This document shows positions 8,038-16,249 of a stretch of DNA of 48,634 nucleotides, piece after piece. Numbering within the stretch: the first letter of the stretch is position 1; each line of letters opens with the position of its first letter. This DNA comes from a virus. Under the pieces are notes generated by a model. That model did no database searches and had not been told where the DNA came from. It saw nothing but the letters and a program-made list of their open reading frames with translations. The position numbers were made by a program, and so were the translations under genes. The stretch spans positions 1 through 48,634 of the IMG/VR virus record IMGVR_UViG_3300045988_068629; one strand, written 5' to 3'.

Positions 8038-8256
8038 CGTGTACTTATTCGTGTACTCGCTTTGTAAGTCCTTGAAAATCAAGGTTTATTGCGGAGAGAG
8101 AGGTAGTGCGACCTTGATGCCGTGTACTTTCAAAGCCTTTCATTTGCGTGCCTTGGCTAAATTCACAATACCACGGAGTGTCACGAAGCACCAAGATGGT
8201 ATGCTGTATTCGTGTACATTTCGTGTACGGCGTTGTAGGCGCTGAAAGTCGTGTAC
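8036..8256 (+). repeat. Six direct copies of (T)CGTGTAC, candidate integrase arm-type sites of attP
   Basis: Copies lie at 8038-8044, 8050-8056, 8121-8127, 8211-8217, 8222-8228 and 8250-8256, all in the same orientation. They are in the non-coding gap next to the integrase 3' end. Confidence 0.6.
8078..8118. other. Candidate attP core: 8-bp inverted repeat ATCAAGGT/ACCTTGAT flanking GCGGAGAGAGAGG
   Basis: Read directly. The reverse complement CCTCTCTCTCCGC resembles the 3' acceptor end of tRNA-Ser genes. Confidence 0.35.
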
Positions 8257-8264
8257 ATCGCACA

Positions 8265-9533
8265 TCATAGCTCGTCAAACTTTGTCATTGACCGCTCTTT
8301 TAGCTCGTCTACTATCTTGGCGTATGGCTTCATGGCGTTAAAGTTAGAGTGCCCCGTCCAACGCATGATGACCTCCACGGGGATGCCAAGCTGCAACGCC
8401 ATGACGACGAACGTGCGCCGTGCGACGTGTGTAGTAAGCAAGTGCCATTTGGGGTAGACCTCTTCATAGCGCGTGTTACCCTTAAAGTAGACTATACGGG
8501 TAGGCTCGTCCAGCCCTACCACCTGACCAAGCGTTTTAAGGTGCAAGTTCATATGCACATTGGAGATTATGGGCAATGCCCTATCACCGGGGAAGACGCA
8601 ACCGTTGTACTTATCAAGGATAGCTTGTGAGTGCCTATTTAGCTCTATCCTTAGCCCGTCAATGGTCTTCTTTGTAACAACGTGTACAACGCCCTTCTTG
8701 ATGTCGGAGCGGCGGAGCTTGGCTACATCGGAGTATCGTAGCCCCGTGAAGCACTGAAAGAGGAAGACATCGCGCACGCGTTCAAGAGCCTCTTGCATTG
8801 GCTGAAATTGAAAGTCCTGCAACTGCTTTATCTCCTCTTGTGAGAGGTAGATGATTTCCTTTGAATCAACGGAAATCCCCTTTAGTTTGGGCTTGAAGGT
8901 GTTGTGCAGGTCGCCATGGTAGTAGCCTTTTTGAGCTGACCACCGAAGCAGCCACCGGAGAAAAGAGAGGTGGCGCGATATGGTTGTATTGCGCTGGTCT
9001 TTCTTGTAGTAGTAGGCAATGAGGTCTTGCAGCTTCCCTTCTGTGAGGGTCTCAAAGGACAATCCAGGGTCAAAGGATTTCAGATGGTGGCGGAGCGTCC
9101 TGAACTTTTGATATGTCGACGGCGTCCATTGATTCTTCTCCCCGACCTGTGCCATGAACAAATCAATGACACCCCAAAGGTCTATTTTGCCGTCATCGTC
9201 CATGAGTGACGCGCGACCCACCATGTCATTGAAGAGGTCTTTTACCTCTTGTGGTGTCGGCACGCGCTTCTCCAGTAATTCATAGCGGGCAAAGACTTCG
9301 TTTATCTGTGCCTTGTACTCTTCTATGGTGCGGTTTATTTCAGCCGCCTCCCTTGTACCTGCAATAGCGCGCTCTGTCTTGGCATCCCATTGGTCTAAGT
9401 CTATTTTGCGACCTATGGGAAAGTCAAACGGGCGTTCCCCTCGTAGCGTCACGCGCATCCTTATTGCAAGGTCTGTCGTGTCGGTTGCTTTGCGCTTATG
9501 CAGGTTGAATTTGATGCTTCGCTTTATGAACAT
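8265..9533 (-). CDS. int: Tyrosine-type site-specific integrase
   Basis: The C-terminal LTTHVARRTFVVMALQLGIPVEVIMRWTGHSNFNAMKPYAKI carries the H-x-x-R, H and Y catalytic residues. An earlier GLRYSDV segment supplies the catalytic R. The start was chosen at MFIKRSIKFNL (9533), abutting the upstream gene. Confidence 0.9.
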   Translation of the reverse strand: MFIKRSIKFNLHKRKATDTTDLAIRMRVTLRGERPFDFPIGRKIDLDQWDAKTERAIAGTREAAEINRTIEEYKAQINEVFARYELLEKRVPTPQEVKDLFNDMVGRASLMDDDGKIDLWGVIDLFMAQVGEKNQWTPSTYQKFRTLRHHLKSFDPGLSFETLTEGKLQDLIAYYYKKDQRNTTISRHLSFLRWLLRWSAQKGYYHGDLHNTFKPKLKGISVDSKEIIYLSQEEIKQLQDFQFQPMQEALERVRDVFLFQCFTGLRYSDVAKLRRSDIKKGVVHVVTKKTIDGLRIELNRHSQAILDKYNGCVFPGDRALPIISNVHMNLHLKTLGQVVGLDEPTRIVYFKGNTRYEEVYPKWHLLTTHVARRTFVVMALQLGIPVEVIMRWTGHSNFNAMKPYAKIVDELKERSMTKFDEL

Positions 9534-9535
9534 AG

Positions 9536-9820
9536 CTACCTTATTTCTAATTCGCCACGACCAAGCAAGAGCCACGCGGGAGATACGCCAAAGTCACGGC
9601 ACACATACAGAAGCGCGTCAATGTCTATGGACTTGTAGTGCATTTCCTCAATGGGCTTGGACAGGTCGCCTTTTATTCGGTAGTACTTCACGCGGTTAAG
9701 GCTATGTTCCTCGCAAAAGGCTTTCAGCCCTGATGTCTTCCCCAAAGTCTTTGCCAGGTCTACCGCCTCAAAGAAGCGGCGCTGTATCTCCATGACCTGT
9801 GGATTGATAGACTTCTTCAT
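9536..9820 (-). CDS. CI-repressor-type HTH protein (regulator or possible recombination directionality factor)
   Basis: The C-terminal DIDALLYVCRDFGVSPAWLLLGRGEL fits the CI-type HTH tail. The gene is immediately upstream of the integrase and apparently co-transcribed with it. Confidence 0.5.
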   Translation of the reverse strand: MKKSINPQVMEIQRRFFEAVDLAKTLGKTSGLKAFCEEHSLNRVKYYRIKGDLSKPIEEMHYKSIDIDALLYVCRDFGVSPAWLLLGRGELEIR

Positions 9821-10002
9821 GACCTCTTTATCTTTTGCGTGTATGCTTCGTGCATTTCGTCAAGTAGAGCGCTATCTACTTCGGCGAACTCTTCGCCTTT
9901 GAGTGCCGATGCTTCAAGCGCGTCAAAGATGGCGCGTGGCATCACAGAGTAGTAGGTGGCAACGCCGTAGTAGTCGGCGACCTTGATTGCTGTTGTCTTC
10001 AT
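9817..10002 (-). CDS. Small hypothetical protein
   Basis: 61-aa ORF overlapping the downstream gene by 4 nt within the minus-strand lysogeny operon. Confidence 0.4.
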   Translation of the reverse strand: MKTTAIKVADYYGVATYYSVMPRAIFDALEASALKGEEFAEVDSALLDEMHEAYTQKIKRS

Positions 10003-10035
10003 CTTTCCTGATGTATATATATGTACGTGCGCGCA

Positions 10036-10410
10036 TTATACCTGCTTCTCTATGATGATGAGAAGGCGGTCAATCTGCTCTTGTGACTTTGCCACAAGCT
10101 TTCTTTGCTCTGCAATCTCGTCAATGAGCTTGTCGACGATGCCATTGTCTGTGCATCCTTCGCACTCTCCATAGTTGTTGGTGGTGGTGTTGGTGGTCGT
10201 GTTTGTACCGTTGATGTTGCTCTGCTCGCCACCAATGTAGAGCTGGGGGTTTAGAGATATTTCGTGCAAAATTTCCTGTTTGCTCTGCGGAATTGTCCCG
10301 CCAGCCTCCCAATTTTGCACCGTCCTGGTCGTGACGCCAAGTATTTTGGCGAATCTCTCCTGGGAAAGTCCAAATTTCTCCCTGATTTCTCTTGTCTCCA
10401 TTCCGTTCAT
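10036..10410 (-). CDS. XRE-family HTH repressor (cI-like) with a C-terminal coiled coil
   Basis: REIREKFGLSQERFAKILGVTTRTVQNWEAGGTIP is a classic HTH_3 motif. The gene is divergent from a small cro-like gene. The start is uncertain: 10410, 10401 or 10527. Confidence 0.75.
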   Translation of the reverse strand: MNGMETREIREKFGLSQERFAKILGVTTRTVQNWEAGGTIPQSKQEILHEISLNPQLYIGGEQSNINGTNTTTNTTTNNYGECEGCTDNGIVDKLIDEIAEQRKLVAKSQEQIDRLLIIIEKQV

Positions 10411-10612
10411 TATGAGTACGTTAGTAATGCCTTGTAGTTTTATGACCATAGATTGCGCGAAGAATTTCGTTGTAACGTTTGCACTTCGCGAAATCTTTCG
10501 TACCTTTGCAGATGTAAAGCAACGCAAGACGAAAGGACAAGCGAAAGCAATACAAATGTAACGAGCGAATGTACAACATTTCGCCGAAAGATGAATACAG
10601 AAAGGAAGAGAT
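10411..10612. promoter_or_regulatory. Lysis/lysogeny switch region with -7 boxes on both strands and repeated CGAAAG/CTTTCG half-sites
   Basis: TAccTTTG (+) is at 10501-10508 and TAcaTTTG (-) at 10553-10560. CTTTCG is at 10495-10500 and CGAAAG at 10530-10535, 10542-10547 and 10585-10590. The palindromes TTCGCGAA (10485-10492) and CGAAATCTTTCG (10489-10500) are also present. Confidence 0.5.
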
Positions 10613-10825
10613 ATGAATGAGTTTGGATTTAAGGCGGGCTTCTCTCAGGTGAAGCGAAAGGATGCCAAGGAGGTGCGCGAGCGAATCATGCAGGCTCTTG
10701 GTCTGACGACACGCGCAAGCTGGTATGCCCGCCTCAACGGCAATGTAGAACCGAAGGTGTCAGAAGCCCGCGCCATTGAAGAGGTGTTTGGCGAGTTCGG
10801 CATAAAGAATGTTTGGGGCGCTTGA
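10613..10825 (+). CDS. Small cro-like early regulator (hypothetical)
   Basis: 70 aa, first rightward gene, divergent from the XRE repressor. Confidence 0.4.
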   Translation: MNEFGFKAGFSQVKRKDAKEVRERIMQALGLTTRASWYARLNGNVEPKVSEARAIEEVFGEFGIKNVWGA

Positions 10826-11097
10826 TGGACACCGAAAAAAGAGTAATAGACATGACCGCTGGGGAGTTCGCGGAAGTCCTATACAGCGTGATGAAACGAC
10901 TATCAGGAAACGAAGAAGAAAAAGTAACAAATAAAAGGCTTGTGTACGGCATCGCAGGTATTGCACAGCTCTTCAACTGCTCCATGACCACGGCAAACAG
11001 AATCAAAGCGAGCGGGAAGATTGACAAAGCCATATCACAGACTGGGCGAATGATAACCGTTGATGCTGACCTCGCCTTACAACTAATGAAAATATAG
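10825..11097 (+). CDS. DUF3853-like / MerR-excisionase-type HTH protein
   Basis: VYGIAGIAQLFNCSMTTANRIKASGKIDKAISQTGRMITVDADLAL resembles the HTH_17/DUF3853 pattern common in Bacteroides mobile elements. The ATG overlaps the upstream stop (TGATG). Confidence 0.5.
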   Translation: MDTEKRVIDMTAGEFAEVLYSVMKRLSGNEEEKVTNKRLVYGIAGIAQLFNCSMTTANRIKASGKIDKAISQTGRMITVDADLALQLMKI

Positions 11098-11101
11098 AAC
11101 T

Positions 11102-11386
11102 ATGGAAGCTAAAATCTACAAGCAGTCAGGACGCGTGGCGCGTGTTAGCCCATCAAATGGCACGGACTTTACTCTTCGTGAGCTTCAGAGCATTGTCGGT
11201 GGCTACATCGAATTGGTGCGCCTCGGCAACGGCAATGTGATGGTGATAAACGAGGAGGCAAAGGGCAAAATCGGCACAGAAATCAACGTGTCCGCAACGC
11301 GAATGGCAAGAGAACATCAGGCAATTTGGGCGCATGACTGCATAGTCGGCAACGCGCTTGTTTGCCCCTCGGAAATGGTACGGTAA
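11102..11386 (+). CDS. DUF3846-like protein
   Basis: LRELQSIVGGYIELVRLGNGNVMVINEEAKGK...IVGNALVC resembles the DUF3846 consensus. Confidence 0.5.
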   Translation: MEAKIYKQSGRVARVSPSNGTDFTLRELQSIVGGYIELVRLGNGNVMVINEEAKGKIGTEINVSATRMAREHQAIWAHDCIVGNALVCPSEMVR

Positions 11387-11416
11387 TCACAACAAACAAC
11401 TAACAACTAACTACAA

Positions 11417-11773
11417 ATGACTATGAACAAAGAACAGAAAGAGGTGCTAACAGCATGGTGCAACAACCTACTTGTCACCTATAGGTTAGATTACTTCCGT
11501 GGGCGTGCCGTTTGGGGTATTGTGAAAACCATAGAATACGGAAGTGACTGGAACTTTTCTGTGGCAATTCAGTACTGTCAAGAGGCTGAACAGCTCGGAT
11601 TTAACGCAAGCATGAAGGACTATGCCGAACTACTCAAGGAGCTACGGCAGATAGCAAAGGAAGTGCCACTAAGCGACACAGCGCAGTACGCCATTACGCA
11701 CGCATTCGGCGGGGATTGGAAGGAGGCTATTGACGCCATTGAAGAACTCAAGAGCGAACGCAACGCACTCTAA
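11417..11773 (+). CDS. Hypothetical protein, paralogue of 22196..22555
   Basis: The shared N-terminus is MNKEQKEvLtAWC....R.DY.RG, and the two proteins are similar in length. Confidence 0.55.
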   Translation: MTMNKEQKEVLTAWCNNLLVTYRLDYFRGRAVWGIVKTIEYGSDWNFSVAIQYCQEAEQLGFNASMKDYAELLKELRQIAKEVPLSDTAQYAITHAFGGDWKEAIDAIEELKSERNAL

Positions 11774-11788
11774 CCAAAGCAACGAACA

Positions 11789-12385
11789 ATGGAAAACGAA
11801 ACAAACATCTACAACTGGGATAACATCGTGCCCCTTGCCTTACACACTCACAGCCGAGCTGTACGTAGAGGTTTCTGGAACGAACGACGACCTGGAAGAT
11901 GCCACGAATACCACTACATGGTGCAGGTGTTCGCCAAGATTGGTAAAGCTCTGGAATCCGACCGGATTAATAAGTGGGCAACTCTTTCCAGCAAAAGAAT
12001 CAAAAAGCTGGAGCAAATGGAGGGCGCGTCCTACGCTCAAATGTACGAGGGCGAGGTCAAGTACACCGTGGAGTATGAAATCACAAATGCTTGCATTCGC
12101 CTGCTTGACTACCTCGGTTCAATGACTAATGTAAGAGAAGTAATAGAAGCATTCGAATTACTCCCACCGCCATCTGGGTCAACGTTCCCAACGAATCTTT
12201 TTGACGTGATGAAATGGACTGGAAACCCGTTTCAAAAAGCAGAAACCGACAAGTCCAACACCACGCGCATCATTCGCATTTTGAGGACGATAGCCAAATG
12301 CTATGGATTCGACCTAATGAAGCACGTTGAGCTCCAGATGAAGTACAACGAAACCCGCCCTGCTTTGCACGGCAAGAAATACTAA
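11789..12385 (+). CDS. MazG-like nucleotide pyrophosphohydrolase-fold protein (possibly degenerate), paralogue of 22749..23314
   Basis: RRGFWNE.., VEYEITNACIRLLDYLGS and the C-terminal MKYNETRPALHGKKY parallel KGFWAV.., VPVELADVVIRLADLAGS and MKYNESRPALHNRRY in the second copy. Confidence 0.5.
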   Translation: MENETNIYNWDNIVPLALHTHSRAVRRGFWNERRPGRCHEYHYMVQVFAKIGKALESDRINKWATLSSKRIKKLEQMEGASYAQMYEGEVKYTVEYEITNACIRLLDYLGSMTNVREVIEAFELLPPPSGSTFPTNLFDVMKWTGNPFQKAETDKSNTTRIIRILRTIAKCYGFDLMKHVELQMKYNETRPALHGKKY

Positions 12386-12398
12386 TATAACTAACCAC

Positions 12399-12465
12399 GA
12401 GTGCGCCACGTTGGCGGGAGACCGCACGCGACACCTTCACGCGCCTGGGACGGCGTGGCGCACTC
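12399..12465. repeat. GC-rich 12-bp perfect inverted repeat (GAGTGCGCCACG ... CGTGGCGCACTC) with a 43-nt spacer
   Basis: Read directly in the 96-nt intergenic gap. It predicts a long stem-loop. Confidence 0.6.
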
Positions 12466-12481
12466 TATCACCACAACGAAT

Positions 12482-12760
12482 ATGACACGAGAGGAAATAG
12501 CAAATAGCCTCAAGCCGCTTGAGTGGCTACACGGGGAGGACTATTACGGCAATCCTATTATCTCAGCAGAACTTTTGACGAAGACTGCTTACATCAAGGA
12601 GCATGACGGGGGACATGTGACCCTGTTGTTTGGGCGCGACAACGGCAATAAGATTGATGTCATAAAGACGTATGGCGGAATCTCAATGTCGGTCGCAAAG
12701 GTTGTAGCCCGCGAGTGGCAGATAAGCGAAATGTGCAACTACTTCCAAATGAATGACTAA
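12482..12760 (+). CDS. Hypothetical protein, paralogue of 21876..22199
   Basis: Both begin MTREE....L.PLEW. The ATG at 12482 is preferred over the track's GTG at 12401, which would run through the hairpin region. Confidence 0.5.
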   Translation: MTREEIANSLKPLEWLHGEDYYGNPIISAELLTKTAYIKEHDGGHVTLLFGRDNGNKIDVIKTYGGISMSVAKVVAREWQISEMCNYFQMND

Positions 12761-12772
12761 CAACAACAAGCA

Positions 12773-14755
12773 ATGAAACGCATAATTCTAAAGGAGCTAA
12801 CTCTTGTAAATTGGAGAGGCTCAGATGCTACGCCCACGGAGTTTGACCCCGTATGCACCACGATAGCAGGCGCGAATGGGCTTGGCAAAAGCCGCCACTT
12901 TGATGCCTTTACGTGGTTGCTATTCGGTAAGGATAGCCAAGACCGCAAGGACTACAATATCAAGAGCATCAGGGAAGGAGACACAATGTGTCACTCTTCT
13001 ATCTGTGGCGTGAGAGGTGTATTTGAGGTTGACGGCGAGACGGTAGAGCTGAGGCGCAACTTTAAGGAAGAGTGGGTTAAGCCACGAGGGGCAACGGAGG
13101 AGGTCTTCAAGGGTAACAAGACAGAGTGCTTTTGGAACGACACGCCCGTCAGTGTAACGGAGTACGCAAAGCGCGTCAAGGACATCATTGATGATACCTT
13201 ATTCAAGATGCTCACAAATCCCGCCTACTTCCTTTCAATGCCCTGGAAAGACCAGCGTGAACAGCTCTTTGAAATGGCGGGAGCCGTTGAGGATAGCGAG
13301 GTAGCTACATGGAAGCCTGAATTTGCCGCTTTCCTTGACAAGCTGGCGGGCAAGCCAATGGCGGACTTTAAGAGAGAGCTTGCAGCGCGCAAGCGCCTTA
13401 TAAAGTCACAGCTTGACGAGGTGCAGCCACGCATTGACCAAACGTACAAGCTGATGCCCGAAAAGCAGGACTTTGCCGCGCTTGAAGCTGAAATGAAGAG
13501 CGTTGATGATGCACTTGTACAGGTGGATGGCGTTTTGTCAAGCGTTGCCGAGCGCTCACGAAAGCAGTACGAAGAGGTGCAGGCTCGCCAGGCTAAGATA
13601 AACGACCTAAAGGCGAAGCGCCAGCAGGTCATATTTGACGCAAAGAGCAAGGCTAACGAGGATGCCTACAAGGCAAATGAGGAGCTTCGTGATTTACGGG
13701 AGGAAGAGCGAAAGGTGCAGCGTGAAATGCAGGGCTATCAGGCAGACATTGACGCAGCAACCAAGGAGATTGCCCGCCTTGAAGCACGCAAGAAAGAGCT
13801 AACGAAACAGGCGGATGAGCTTCGCGAAGAGTGGTACAAGGTCAATGCAAGCGCCTACAACGGGGAGACAACATGCTCTTGTTGTGGTCAGGAGCTTCCA
13901 GCGGAAATGCAAGCGTCTGCAAAGGCTCACTTTGACACACATAAAGCGGACGCCCTGGCAAAGATAACAGAGCGCGGGAAGAGCATCAAGGAAGAGATTG
14001 TGCGAATCGACGCATGCGTTGTGGAGGTGCATGAGGACATTCCCCATGCCAACGAGGGTATTGCTCGCCAATCTTCGGAGCTGGAGAAGCTGAAAGCGCG
14101 CCTTGCAGGTGCATCAGAAGTCAAGCCCGAAGAGGTTAAGCCCGAAGACATCAAGGAGTACAACGACCTCACGGAGCAAATCACCGCACTTGAAGCAACG
14201 CTTGATGACGGCATTGAGAGCGAAGACACAACCGTCTACCAAGAGGAGAAGAGAAAGCTGACCGCCAAGCGCGATGAAATCAAAGACAAGCTGACCGACC
14301 GCAAGCGAATTGAGGAGCTTGAAAAGAGCATCAAGGAGCTGGAGGAAGAGGGGAGAAGCCTTGCACACCAGCTCGCAGAAGCGGAGCGCGAGGAGTACAC
14401 GATGCAGCAGTTTACGAAAGCGAAGATTGACGAGTGCGAGAAGCGCATCAACAACCTCTTCACGATGGTCACGTTCCAGCTCTTTGACTATACGATTGAG
14501 GATGCAAAAAAGGAGAATCCCATTGAGTGCTGCATCCCTCTAATCAATGGCGTTCCTGTGGGTACGACAAATACCGCCGCCAAGGTCAATGCAGGGCTTG
14601 ACATCATCAACGCGCTGTGTAAATTCTACGGAGTTACCGCGCCAATCTTCATCGACAACCGCGAGAGTATCAACGAGATAATCCCAACAGAAAGCCAAAT
14701 AATCAACCTAAAGGTAACAGATGACAAGAAGCTTGTCATCATGAAAGGAAAGTAA
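12773..14755 (+). CDS. SMC/SbcC/Rad50-like AAA ATPase with a long coiled-coil insert
   Basis: The N-terminal Walker A is IAGANGLGKS. A coiled coil of about 350 aa rich in E/K/A/L contains a CSCCGQ zinc-hook-like motif. The C-terminal APIFIDNRES is Walker-B-like. Confidence 0.65.
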   Translation: MKRIILKELTLVNWRGSDATPTEFDPVCTTIAGANGLGKSRHFDAFTWLLFGKDSQDRKDYNIKSIREGDTMCHSSICGVRGVFEVDGETVELRRNFKEEWVKPRGATEEVFKGNKTECFWNDTPVSVTEYAKRVKDIIDDTLFKMLTNPAYFLSMPWKDQREQLFEMAGAVEDSEVATWKPEFAAFLDKLAGKPMADFKRELAARKRLIKSQLDEVQPRIDQTYKLMPEKQDFAALEAEMKSVDDALVQVDGVLSSVAERSRKQYEEVQARQAKINDLKAKRQQVIFDAKSKANEDAYKANEELRDLREEERKVQREMQGYQADIDAATKEIARLEARKKELTKQADELREEWYKVNASAYNGETTCSCCGQELPAEMQASAKAHFDTHKADALAKITERGKSIKEEIVRIDACVVEVHEDIPHANEGIARQSSELEKLKARLAGASEVKPEEVKPEDIKEYNDLTEQITALEATLDDGIESEDTTVYQEEKRKLTAKRDEIKDKLTDRKRIEELEKSIKELEEEGRSLAHQLAEAEREEYTMQQFTKAKIDECEKRINNLFTMVTFQLFDYTIEDAKKENPIECCIPLINGVPVGTTNTAAKVNAGLDIINALCKFYGVTAPIFIDNRESINEIIPTESQIINLKVTDDKKLVIMKGK

Positions 14756-14783
14756 CGTATAACGACTAATAACGACTACGAAA

Positions 14784-15092
14784 ATGAAGTACACAACAAC
14801 CATTCAGACCGCGCAGACGGTGCTGACATCTATTCAGAGCGCCATTAGCAACGCCATCCAGGCAGTTGCATGGTGGCTCAAGGAGCGAAGAGAAGCAAAG
14901 GCAAAGGCAGAGACGGCAAGCATGGTGCGTGAATCATCAGAGCGCATCCAGCTGCAAGAGTTCATGGGCAAGGTTCATATCTCCATTGACGGCATCCCCC
15001 TTATGCCCGTGGATTCACTCCGAAAGGATGCTATCCCCGCCCTTGAAGAGGTACGTATGACCTATCGCAACTACGCAAATCAACTCAACTAA
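14784..15092 (+). CDS. Hypothetical protein
   Basis: 102-aa ORF between the ATPase and RecT genes. Confidence 0.45.
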   Translation: MKYTTTIQTAQTVLTSIQSAISNAIQAVAWWLKERREAKAKAETASMVRESSERIQLQEFMGKVHISIDGIPLMPVDSLRKDAIPALEEVRMTYRNYANQLN

Positions 15093-15104
15093 ACAGATAT
15101 AGCC

Positions 15105-15983
15105 ATGAATGAATTAGTGAAAGCCCCCCCCACAATGGGAGCAATCAACGTGCCACAGGTGGTCAATTTCTTTGACCCCGCGCAGTTTGAGGTGTTGCAG
15201 CGCATCTGCAAAATGTACGCTTATGCAGACCTTGTACCTGACGCATACAAAGCGAGCGAAAAGAACCCCATGGAGAAGGCTGTTGCCAACTGCATGATAG
15301 CTATTGAGGTGGCAAATCGCATCGGCACCACCCCCCTGATGGTCATGCAGAACATGGTGCCAATTTATGGTAAGCCGTCTTGGTCGGCGACCTTCCTAAT
15401 CGGCACGGTTAATGGGTGCGGACGCTTTGCACCGCTAAAGTATCGCTTCACGGAGAAAGGCATGCTTGGCATGGTGGAGTACACCGACTACGAGTACCAA
15501 GGAGGGCGCAAGACGGCTGTAAAGAAGCAGTTTGACGGAAAGAAGATAATGGACATCGAGTGCGTTGCCTACACTACCGCCAACGGGTCAGACCAGGTGC
15601 TTGAAAGCGCGCCGGTGTCAATTCGCCTCGCAATCCAAGAGGGGTGGTATACCAAGGCTGGCAGTAAGTGGCAGACCATGGCAAAGCAGATGTTGATGTA
15701 CCGCGCTGCATCCTGGTGGACGCGTACATACGCACCGGAGCTTTCCCTTGGCATGAAGACCATTGATGAGCAGCGGGACATCTACACGGAGTTTGAAGAG
15801 GTCAAGGATGTCAAGGAGCAGGTTGCAGCTGAAAAGGAAGCCAACGCCAATCAGACGACCATCCAAATAGGCCTTGGAGACGAAGCCCCTGCAACCGTTG
15901 ATGCACAGACGGGCGAAATCATCTTGGAAGAGGCAGCAGACACCACAACAGACACCACAACAGGTAATCTACCAGGCTTCTAA
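15105..15983 (+). CDS. recT: RecT-family single-strand annealing recombinase
   Basis: IEVANRIGTTPLMVMQNM..YGKPSWS and WQTMAKQMLMYRAASWWTRTYAPE resemble RecT core motifs. The C-terminal tail is acidic. Confidence 0.65.
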   Translation: MNELVKAPPTMGAINVPQVVNFFDPAQFEVLQRICKMYAYADLVPDAYKASEKNPMEKAVANCMIAIEVANRIGTTPLMVMQNMVPIYGKPSWSATFLIGTVNGCGRFAPLKYRFTEKGMLGMVEYTDYEYQGGRKTAVKKQFDGKKIMDIECVAYTTANGSDQVLESAPVSIRLAIQEGWYTKAGSKWQTMAKQMLMYRAASWWTRTYAPELSLGMKTIDEQRDIYTEFEEVKDVKEQVAAEKEANANQTTIQIGLGDEAPATVDAQTGEIILEEAADTTTDTTTGNLPGF

Positions 15984-15985
15984 TC

Positions 15986-16249
15986 ATGGCACAAGTAATC
16001 GACAACGCAAAGGGCTTCAAGGTCATTGAAATGAGCTTGCCCGAATCGGTCAAGGCGTTTGGAGGCATTGGGGTCTGTGATTCGTGCAATCGCGCAGCCT
16101 ACACGGCTTACTTCATCGCGGTGCTGAACGAGGCGTTTTGCCCCTACTGCTACGAGGAGTGGCAAAAGTACGCAACGCGCTACGAAGAGGATGCCGAGAT
16201 TGAGCAGCACAACTTTGAGGTTGCGAAAAACATGCTACGCATAAGATGA
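15986..16249 (+). CDS. Small zinc-ribbon-like protein
   Basis: Contains CDSC...(17 aa)...CPYC. Confidence 0.4.
   Translation: MAQVIDNAKGFKVIEMSLPESVKAFGGIGVCDSCNRAAYTAYFIAVLNEAFCPYCYEEWQKYATRYEEDAEIEQHNFEVAKNMLRIR

Noticed and set aside
8085-8170. Possible tRNA gene in the attP region
   Set aside because: Only about 13 nt resemble a tRNA-Ser 3' end. There is no T-loop (GTTCGAAT-like), no anticodon arm and no D-arm. It is interpreted as an attP core rather than a gene.
14759-14778. Tandem 10-mer ATAACGACTA x2 upstream of 14784
   Set aside because: It has only two copies in a short AT-rich leader, recurs nowhere else, and carries too little information to call a regulatory site.
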